From Lingula anatina (taxonomy: Eukaryota; Animalia; Brachiopoda): DNA of 64,000 bases. Position numbers and translations under genes: made by a program. The DNA is taken from positions 19,348,848 through 19,412,847 of the forward strand of contig CM120643.1 in NCBI GenBank assembly GCA_051362555.1, given 5' to 3'. A model generated the notes under the pieces. The model was not told the origin of the DNA and searched no databases. It saw only the letters and a program-made list of their open reading frames with translations. Of the stretch, positions 49,656-64,000 are shown piece by piece; position 1 is the stretch's first letter; every line of letters starts with the position of its first letter.

Positions 49656-50912
49656 AGCACATCAATATTAGCTTTTACGACTTGTTTTAATTAATGTTTA
49701 CATGCTAGTTTTAATGTCCACTTTTTAATTTTTTGTTACTATCACACATGTTGCTTGGCTGACCATGTTGAAAAAGAAGGGGTTAGTAAATAGCACAGAA
49801 GAAATGTACTTTAAAATCCCCAATCTGCAACTCACATAGCTGTCACTAATTTGCCCTTTTCTACAAGCATAAAACATCTTATTTAAATCCAAGAATTTTA
49901 TTATCTACAAACAGTCTTCATCTTCATGGCATAAACATAATACAGCAATTAGCTTATGGTTTTTCCTTCTTTCTTTACCTTTTCTCTTTCTTTTTTATTT
50001 ACTGTACTGTACAAGAGTTCACAGTATGTCACATTGGCTGATACAGGGATAGATAAATACTAAGTTCACATGCATTTCATGAACACTGGAAACACCCATT
50101 GTCTGGTGAAAGGCATTACTAACGGTATACATGTATTTCTGCCATATCTGTACAAAGTGATTTCTAGATTCGAATTTTAAGAGCAATCAATTTACAAATA
50201 CAGACTGGTTTGGAGAGCATTTGACTCCAGTAGACATCAGTGCTTATCTGTAGTTTGCTTGTCATTACTTTTTTGTTAGAAAGAACATACATGTGTTATA
50301 GTTATACCATGGTTAACTGTTCCAATAAAATGATATTTATATCACATTTTGTGAAATTCCACATCAAAATAACGTGTCAATATTTTCTTTCTCCATCACA
50401 GTCTCATAACCACCATTATATTCAATATTCAGATTTCACAAAATTTGCTACAAGTTAATGGAGGTAAGCCAGTAATCAAATAACTGGTTGACCAAATACC
50501 CTGTGGTCACCATATTCGCTACCTGTGGACTAATCCCATTTTTTTTTTTTTTTTTTTTTTTTTTTGAATTCCAAATGTATATTTATTTTTCAGTGTAGCA
50601 GCACTTCTTGGTTAATATACCCTAACGTCTGTGTGTGTGCGTGAGTGTGTGGTGATCAATAACATGCATCTCTCACCACTGGTCTGGTGACCAAAACAGA
50701 CCTGTGTCCAATTAACATAGTCAGATTGTTATGTCCACTGTGGGCAATGTCCACTGTCCACTGGTGTTGCATTCACCATGGTCACTTTCTACATTTACTT
50801 GTACTATGTTCAGAATGGTCATTGTCCGCTAGGTTCACGTCTAATGTGGTCACTGTACACTGATGTGAAACCTACTGTGGTCAATGTCCACTTGTGCTGT
50901 CCACTGTGTCCA

Positions 50913-55242
<4,330 letters not shown>

Positions 55243-55370
55243 CTTGGAGAGTTAAGACGCCTGTGTTTATCCTTCTTCACACGCGTGCTGCTGCTGTTTT
55301 GCTTGCATAATATTTTTGCCGGTAGATGTCGCTTTGTCCAAGAGGAAATTATCCAAAACCTCAAAATTCG

Positions 55371-55371
<1 letters not shown>

Positions 55372-55411
<40 letters not shown>
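55372..55411. repeat. Poly-T tract (~40 nt) just upstream of NFS1
   Basis: Direct inspection. Confidence 0.9.
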
Positions 55412-56226
55412 CAGGATTTCCTTTATTTTAAATAAAGTACTTATAATTTTATATTATTAGTTTGGTTAAATCTTCAAACTAGTTTGTAAAGCAAAATCAT
55501 ATTATTCATTATTGTCCATACAAACTTGGTGAAATTTATACTTTTAATATTTTTATTAAATAAATATTTATGCATGTACATGGGTGTGTTTGCATTTTCA
55601 CATATTTAATCGTTAAAATTGAATTCCACATCTTTTAACATGATATATTATTTGGCTTAGAAATGTTCAACTCCTGGCTTTTGGTTGCAGTTTATTATTA
55701 ATATTTTTTCATTTAGTATTAAAATGTGTCACTATTATAATAGGAAAAATCTAGCTGCATCGCACTTAATAGTCTGCAGGCCAAAAACCATGCAATCATG
55801 ATTATTATTAGCAGTTCAAACAAGAGGTGTTTTAAACAGCATGCTCATTTATGTACATATCTTACATAAATACTCAATACAGTATGCCCCCCCCCACCCC
55901 CGCATGAAATCCATGTTACTTTACAATCATCTTCACAGTGATATATAACCAAACCATGAGTTTATTTATTTTCTGCTTTATTTTACAAATTTTGTTATCA
56001 TTATTATGATGATGATGATAAACAACCATTACTACATTTCTGTACAGTTCTCATAAATAATGACAGAAAGGCCGACTCTTCTGTAGGGCATTCATGGTTA
56101 AAATTCTTGTGGAATACGTCGTACATCAAGCAGTCTGCTAACTGTACAATCTCTTATCCTCTTCAGTACATCTTTCATGTACGTTCAGTATTTACAAAGA
56201 TATATATATATAAATATAAGCTCAGA

Positions 56227-59200
56227 TCAGGTAAATAACCTGATAGTATTGTCCGCCCCACTGGTCAGTATCCAGGGTTGTGTGGGGTGGAACTGACAGT
56301 CCAGTATGCCCAGGTCTTTACTGATCTTATGTCCTCTTAGGATCTTCACTGGGACGATTAACGGGTTCTGGAGAAGGTCGCTGGAAAACATTCAGATTGA
56401 AAATTAACTGTAAGTAAATCAGTTTGTGCAAATAACTGATTTTTCAATGATGATATCAAATTATTATTAATAACTGGTTGAAATTATGCACAATGACATT
56501 TTCTACTGTAAATGACAATACAAATGACAACAGTAACAATACAATATACTTACTTGTACACCATTCCGTGACATACAATAACAGTGCCATCATCAGATGC
56601 AGATGCAAACAGTGGATATCTACTGTGATAACACACCTGGCGCAAGGCTTTCTTATGATGTCTGGAAAATTAATAAGAAATAATAGTTAAAATTTAAAAT
56701 TTGTCACAATATTTAGCCACTCATTGCTTTTAGGTGCATAACAGAAAAATGCCTAACCCAAACTCCTGCCCCATCCCTGCTAGCCCAGTGATCCTGACCC
56801 ATCTTTTCTAGCCCACTGATCCTGCCCCATCCCTGCTAGCCCAGTGATCCTGACCCATCTTTTCTAGCCCAGTGACCCTGCCCCATCCCTGCTAGCCCAG
56901 TGACCCTGCCCCATCCAGTGAGCCCAGTGACCCTGCCCCATCCCTGCTAGCCCAGTGATCCTACCTGAGAGTTTGATATGGTTTTGTGGACAGATCCATG
57001 TCAAACCATGACAGCCTGGCGTCATAACTACCCACTATCACATTGTCTCCTGAAGTGATACATACATAAAAACAAAAATTAACAATTTATATGTATTGAT
57101 AAACAATGGAAATTGAATAACTGATGAGGCTCATTTCTGAAACAATACATTTTCAAAGTTATACTTTTCCTGGTTACAAAACAAAAATGTAAAATAAAGT
57201 TTTAAATTCGCCGATGAATTTAAAAATAGGTTCTTCAAGCAGATCTGGGAAACACATAATATGCTCTTTTACCCTTCACAATTCACCAGGCTATTGATAC
57301 TATTTGGTCCTAGAGAGTGTGAAGCCAAATCTATGACATTAAAATTTACCTCCAGGGTGTACAGCCATACTGGACACCCATCTACAGTTGGTCATCAGTT
57401 TCTTGGTCAACTCCTGCTTGGTCAAGTTGTATACTCTCACATAGCGCTGGGTCTAAAATATCAAATTATTGAAGGAAAATATTGTGAAAAATTCATAGTT
57501 TTCTCCTTCTAACACATTTATATAATTTCTTTTTTTGTTATAGTTGTTCCTACAGAACTGTTACAGAGCATGTGTAATAGAAAGAAATTTTCAACGTTGC
57601 AACCGTTAGGAAAACGGTATTTGCAGAGAAGCTAATAACAGTTTAAGTCATCTTATCTCAACTTTTCGAGAATGAATAAATGAAAGGACAAAAATGAGTC
57701 AAAGAAAATCCTCAATTCACATATATCTTAACTAGTTTAGTATCTACTTACAGCCACAAACAAGAAGGGCCTTGTTGGGTGGAACAGCACCTTCTGTACC
57801 ATACCCTTAGACTTGGAGAACGGGGCCTGGAAAACAAAATTCAAATTATATAAATATCATAAAGATTGTGGAATTTCTTTTAAGTAACAATATTAAAACA
57901 TCTGAAACAAAACATATATTCTGATGACAATGCCATCCGATTTTTTGGCTACTGTCAAAAAAACCTGGTAACTTTTGATGCTACATGAGAAGCCATAAAA
58001 AGAAAGATAAAGATAATTTAATGCAATTATTTCTCTTACTTGAGACCTTCTCTTAGAGAGCTGGTGTATCATTACAGACATGGACTCTGCATTTGGCATC
58101 ACGGTGGCAAAATAGTCTCCTTTCCCATGCCATGTGACTTGACTGACATCCTGGGGATAATAAATAAAAACAACACTATTTATGTTTATATAGCACTGGA
58201 TACAGTGTGTTAAGTAAATGGACAATATAAAGTTGACCCTGAACTGAAAAGGACAAGTACTGAAAACACCATCAAAATCTGTATCAAAGTAGTATTTTAC
58301 AAGAATCAATCACTACTTTTACCTTCAAATTTACCAAAGTCTGCGGCTCAGAAAAATAAACTAGGTATGACTACTAGCAGTCTTTATTTAATTCTTGATT
58401 AAAAGTTATGAAAACATAATAAAATTTAAAAACTTTCAATCACTGAATATTTTGAGCAGGCATTATTCACTCAACTACATGACTACTTAAACTACTTTTT
58501 TCAGACGTGATAAATATTTGGATCTTTTACCTGCATATATTCAGGTGTCCGTCTTACACAACATTAACATAGATGTATCTATGTTTTAAAGATATTACAT
58601 TTATTATTATTTTTAGTGTACCTTAGGGTGTGTAATCCTAACCCGGCAGCCATGCATGCTTTCTTCTTCCTCACAATCTTCCCAAGTTGTTGGCAAACCT
58701 GAAAATTTAGACATACTACATAAAGAACACACCCATTACAAGCCTGCTTGCAATATTTCAAATTAGAAGAATAATAAAAAGAGAAAATGAAATAATTTTG
58801 TTATATACTGTGTACATGTAATAAACAGGGGCGGATTTAGGCCGTCTTCTGGGTCTTCCGGAAGACGGTCAGATTTTCAAGTTTACATTGACGGGTATCT
58901 AATTTTTTCTGTCGGAAGACGGTCAAAAAATGGAGGACGGACCAACAAATATAATATGGAAGACTGTCAGAAAATATCTCTGGATCCGCCCCTGATAAAT
59001 GTCATCATTTAGTGAGCAGTAAGAGAGCTGCTCCAAAGCTTACGGCTGTACGGATGTTCCCTCTGCTGCAGCATCCTCCTGCGCACTAACAGTAAAATAT
59101 GTGATGTAAATGAACCCTTATAGATCATATAGCAATATATGCACAATAACTCTCTCCCAAACAAAGCGCCTAAACCTTTTAACACTTGCATAAGAATATA

Positions 59201-62200
59201 GACATCACTAGCATGTACTTAAGGTTAACATATTTAAAATGGTTAATAAAAAGAAAAACTGTACATGAGAAACAAGATATACCAGAGTTCTCTTCCTCCT
59301 CTGAGACTGACTGATAGCTGGTCAGCATATTATCTGTGGCTGTAATGACCACTTTGTCTCCAAGGCCAGGGTTTAGCAGAATGACCGCTTTCTCTCTGAA
59401 AGTATCAAGTAAGATTTTATATATCTTTAGATGAAAGGTCAAGAATTAGCCTATTTTCACCCACTAGGTTTAAAGACAGAACAAACTTTTATAAGAGGCT
59501 GAAAATTTCAAATTTTAATGAAGTCTGCTCCTACAGACAAACCTCCACTTGTCTTTGATAATTAAAACTGAAATTTTGATCAAAACTAAAAGAAATTATT
59601 TACTCAGCCATGCTTAAGCAAGAACAATCAAAACACAGCATTGCTCATAGATGGAATACATAAAATAACAAGTTTTAAGAAAAATATTATGCAATAGTTG
59701 ACATGAAATTGCCCATATATAAAATAATTTATATTATACAACCAATTTAAGACAAATATTTCACTTGGTCCCACTTACACACAGACCGCCACTAAACACA
59801 GTGCAGGGTTCGGGTTCCAGGCCAGGCTCTTAACTGTCCCTCCAATGTGGACAGTATTCAAACACCTGCCTGTGGACACCTCCCACAGTTTAACACTGTG
59901 GTCATCAGAACCTGGACAATAACAAATAGAAGTTCATCAGGTGTGAAATAGATCAAGTACCAAGGTGAGAAATTGTAATACAATATGTTACATTCTATGT
60001 TACATCTTTACTGAAAATATGTTACATCTTTACATATGTTACATCTTTACTGAAAATATACAAATATAATGAATACAAATTTATAAATTATTTTTATATT
60101 TTATTCATATATTTTTATTATTAATATTGATTTTTATTTTGCATATGTATCCACTTTTTGAATTGGTCAAATAATGCCTATTACCTGTTTATTTACATAA
60201 CAGTACTTAAAATATAAGTTATTTAACCTTACTATACTAATTGTATTTATCAAGACATAATTGTGGATTATATAGAGTATTTACAAACCTGAAGCCATCC
60301 ACTGACCCTTAGGGTCAATACTGATACACCTGACCAGTCCACTGTGACCTTCATAGATCTAAGGAAGTAATAAGAAAACAGGCATAAATGAATGGAAAGG
60401 GAGAATAGAAAATCCTTTCTGCCATCCCACCACCCCTAACAGCCTCCTGAGATTTACAATTCTTAAATATTTCATACAAAATCCAACAACTTTCTAAACT
60501 TGAATTTACACATAAAAAGGAAGAAATTATTTCACAGAATGTCACAGAAAATTTCTTCCCATGATCTTTCATTTATAAAATTGTGTATTTTAATCTTTAT
60601 AGTTACAACTAGGTGTACGTTTTCTAGCTACATACAAATAACAGTTATCAGTCAATCACAATCAAATTTTCAAACGCCACCCTTATTTCAAAATTATCAA
60701 TTTTGCAATTATTTGCAAGAAAGCATTTTGAGATATATACATGGTCAAATCTGTTGTGATTAAGGAATAAATAAACTAAGATCTTATGCTCAAATTGCTA
60801 ACAACTTTTTAACTACTACATACTACAGCTCTGTGTACACAAAATACTTACTATGGACTGTGTAGTTGGGAAAGGCTGCAGATCCTTGGGTTTAGGAAGC
60901 TTAGGAATGAGGTCTTCAGGGTTCACATTCATCTGCAAGTGGGGGAAAGAGACATATTAAAACAATAGCAACAGTTTGCAAAAAAAAAAATAAATAAATA
61001 AATAAAAAAATAAAAGTCACAATTCTTCAACATAAAGTGTTAAAGTGTCTCCAGAACTTTTACCATGTGGTATATATCAGACAGATTCAACATTCATTAA
61101 TCTATTTACGAAGTTCTAAAAATCAATCACTTTACAAATAATGTTAAAAAAATTGACAACACCATCAGTATTCCCTGATAAATCATAACAAGTATTTGAC
61201 TGGATCAAAATAAAATCCTTTGAAATCAGGGATTTCACTTCTGAATCAATAATCTCCTTCCAGTGGAAATACAGATGTTAGGTTTGTTATTTTTAAAAAC
61301 GTTCAGAAACAAAACAAAATGTATGAAAGTACCCTCATTTTCCTCTGCCGTGGACACAGGTACAGATCTAAACATCTCTCAAAGCGCTCATTGATAAACC
61401 GTGGATAGGCAGGCACCTGCCGCAGAGAGGAGTACTTCTTTGGAAGGAAGTTCCTTCTTCTGTCTTCTGGGTCTGTCTCCTTCCAAGCCAGTTCCTAAGG
61501 AAGAATCAATGGTTTTTATTGGTGGAAGTACCAGGCTAATAACTTCATTAGTAACCTCAGTCAATTGAGACTCAGAAAGGAATAGTAAAACAATCAATTC
61601 CCTCAATAATTAATTCTATTCAGATTTTTGACCCAACACAGTCATCTGTATTATATTTATTAGCTTTAAAGTACTCCATTTAAAAGCAATGGCCTGATAT
61701 TTTATGAAAAATTCACCTACTTCTTCTTCAGTGAGGAGGTATTCTGGCGGAGGGTTGTACGACTCTTCATGACCTGGTAGCGCCATCTTTGGGGCAGGAA
61801 TGTGTTGAGTAAATCTCTTGTTGATAGCACTCTGGGGGGGAAAAATATCTTCCAATGGTTACCGAGATTAAATAGTTAAGATAAATATATACTTCAAACT
61901 TTCTTAAATGAAAATTATCAAACACAAGCCCAAAAACTTTCATACCATTAGCTTATGGCCAACCTGGACATAGGCCTTCATCAGACTGATGTGAGTAGAT
62001 GTTGACACTCACTGACTGCTAGGTGGTATAGCTAATGGTATTAAAGTTTTTTGGCTTGTGTTTGATCATTTTTATTTATGATCCAACTACCAAGCCAATG
62101 AACATTTTTGTTCAAATTATATTTTCATACAAACAATCACAAAAAATTAATCTTTTCTGACAAATCAGCATACCTACCTCATCATCTTTACCCCAGATAT

Positions 62201-63632
62201 CGTAATATTTTGGCTGCTCGTCTTCTTCTGTCGTCGGTTTCTTGGGTTTGATCCATCCCATCTTGATGGCGTGAACCAGCTGTCCCACCTTAATAGGCAT
62301 AAATAATGTGATGAAAAACTGTTAATATACCCAAATATTATAAATTATGCATATAAAGTACACACATGCATACACACAATAGACAACAGGGTTCACAATT
62401 AGAAACAATAAGTGAAAGAGCTCAATGTTGTTCTTCACTCACTTTTAATTTCTCCCACTTAGATGGGATAAAGCTCCTCTTGTGTTCTGGTCTGTTGGTG
62501 ACAGGATGGATCATTTTTTCATGAGTGAAGAAATCCACCCATGGCTGGAATATCAGAAATCACATCATTTTGGATATCTTTACTTTTGAATTACTATTTT
62601 TTAAATTTCCGTTTTCTTTATTATATAAAGAATATATATTTTTATCAATTTTTTTTTCTTTTTAGCTTCGTTTTGTTCCAACTTGTCAAATTATCTTAGG
62701 GACAAACAAGGGAAAGCATTTTAGCAATGACTCATAGTATCAACACTTAACAAAATGCCTTAAAGTATTTTTTTTTTGTACTTTTTACTTTTTCATTTTT
62801 CAATTCTGAAATTTTATAAATGACTATCCTGGCAAGACGGAAATATATATTCATAGGATGTCAAAGATAATTGGCACTGGTTTTAGAAAAGTAATTGGGG
62901 AACCGAGAAAGCATCAAGTAGACCTACTTCGTAAGGATCATACGCGGCATCTGGAAACTTTCCTTTCTCCATTCTCTGAATCATCTCAGCGTCTTCCTTG
63001 GAGAGAATGACATCCTGTCCTGTCATCTTGTCCTTGACTGTTCTCCTAGAAGGTACAATGCAGAGTTTGGACATAAATCAGTACACTGAACAATAATGAG
63101 GAAAGTGCACAGTGACACCTATGGGGACCTCGGACACAGGCAATGGCTTAATGTCCAGAAAGTGTAATTTTATTTTTATTTATTTATTATTATTATTTTT
63201 TTTTTTTGGGGGGGGGGGGTGAAGGAAGATGCCTGCAACAATAACGAGAAGCATCACCTCCTCACTTAAAATACTAAGAAGTTGTACTACAAATAAATAT
63301 TAGTTCATTCCATATTTACCAGATCTCCCCCCCCCCAAAAAAAAAAAAAACTATGACTTAATGAAACTAATTACAAATAAGCATCATAGCCAATCATATG
63401 AGATCTAAATAAATGCATTGAGTAACAAAATCCCTTTCTTTCTACATCATCATCAATCCCTTCATAGTAACTTGATTTACCAGTAATCTGGGTTATCCAT
63501 TTTATTGAGAAACTCATCCACTTCATCTGCTCTCTTAGGTTTGATGATTTTGCCTCCCTCCAGGTTGTAACCTATGTGTGCATACTCCCCATACCACTCC
63601 ATAGGGATGTTACCCACTGTATTCCTGATGTC
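56227..63632 (-). CDS. BOP1: Ribosome biogenesis protein BOP1 (Erb1, PeBoW complex), 5'-partial, about 18 exons visible
   Basis: Exon peptides [14 protein letters not shown] (63632-63481), [116 protein letters not shown]40 repeats ([41 protein letters not shown]) and terminal RLFT* (stop 56227-56229). The gene continues beyond the window end. Confidence 0.96.
56765..56962. repeat. 28-bp minisatellite (7 units) abutting a BOP1 splice donor
   Basis: Units cctgccccatccctgctagcccagtgat and cctgacccatcttttctagcccagtga(t/c), alternating in part. Confidence 0.9.
58826..58994. mobile_element. hAT-like MITE, CpG-intact copy, 5-bp TSD ATAAA
   Basis: Perfect TIRs caggggcggat...atccgcccctg flanked by ataaa on both sides. 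Confidence 0.88.
59983..60060. repeat. Short local tandem repeat (tatgttacatctttac, ~4 copies)
   Basis: Direct inspection. Confidence 0.8.
61905..62078. mobile_element. Palindromic element with ~48-bp inverted arms and a decayed hammerhead-like core (possible Penelope-like element remnant)
   Basis: Arms atcaaacacaagcccaaaaactttcataccattagct and agctaatggtattaaagttttttggcttgtgtttgat; minus strand CTGATGA-aggcc-loop-ggcc-ATAAgct. Confidence 0.6.
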
Positions 63633-64000
63633 CTAGAGTAGATAAAGAAATATGTCAAAGTTAAGGTCTCCAGGCTGTACCTGCATTCCTTGAGTTAATA
63701 AACTAAACTGACAAAATGCCATCATATATTTTCACATAGCATAACTTAAAGAAATATCAAAGGGCAAATTCTCATACTTCTTGAAAAATATACATTAACA
63801 GATATTTTGTTTTCTTTCTGTCCAACATATAACCATCAGTCGCTTCTGCCACTCATACGTTAGGTATTGCATGCAGTAATAATGTGCCATTTACTTCATC
63901 CCTTACTTGGCTGACTTTTATGAACTGGAGGGGCAGATAAATAGGTCAAGTTTCTGACCAGGAAATTGAAGAAGGTGCAGCTTTAAGGCCATTTTTGGAG

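Noticed and set aside
57121-57145. CTGATGA...GAAAC as a hammerhead ribozyme
   Set aside because: Stem II is barely paired and there is no supporting stem I or III.

Overview
AT-rich, intron-rich metazoan genomic DNA. It looks invertebrate (probably lophotrochozoan/mollusc; inferred from gene style and mosaic CpG content, not determinable). Seven protein-coding genes can be reconstructed from splice-consistent exons: the 3' part of Acinus/ACIN1 (+); after a ~16-kb gene-free CpG-rich interval, an intronless 810-aa PP1 glycogen-targeting subunit (PPP1R3/Gbs-76A-like, -); LYRM4/ISD11 (-) head-to-head with eIF6 (+); CFAP418/C8orf37 (-); NFS1 cysteine desulfurase (-); and the 3' part of BOP1 (-). 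Notable features: (i) a compact cluster holding both NFS1-ISD11 desulfurase partners and two 60S-biogenesis factors, with linkages recalling human ACIN1-PPP1R3E, PPP1R3G-LYRM4 and EIF6-NFS1; (ii) CRE, E-box and ERE motif clusters around the PPP1R3 gene; (iii) four CxxC motifs in its long N-terminus; (iv) non-autonomous DNA elements, including an hAT-like pair with 5-bp TSDs and strong CpG decay in one copy, and a palindrome with a decayed hammerhead-like core; (v) tandem repeats nucleated at exon ends. No rRNA, tRNA or CRISPR array was seen. Exon coordinates were read by eye and are unverified by transcript data.
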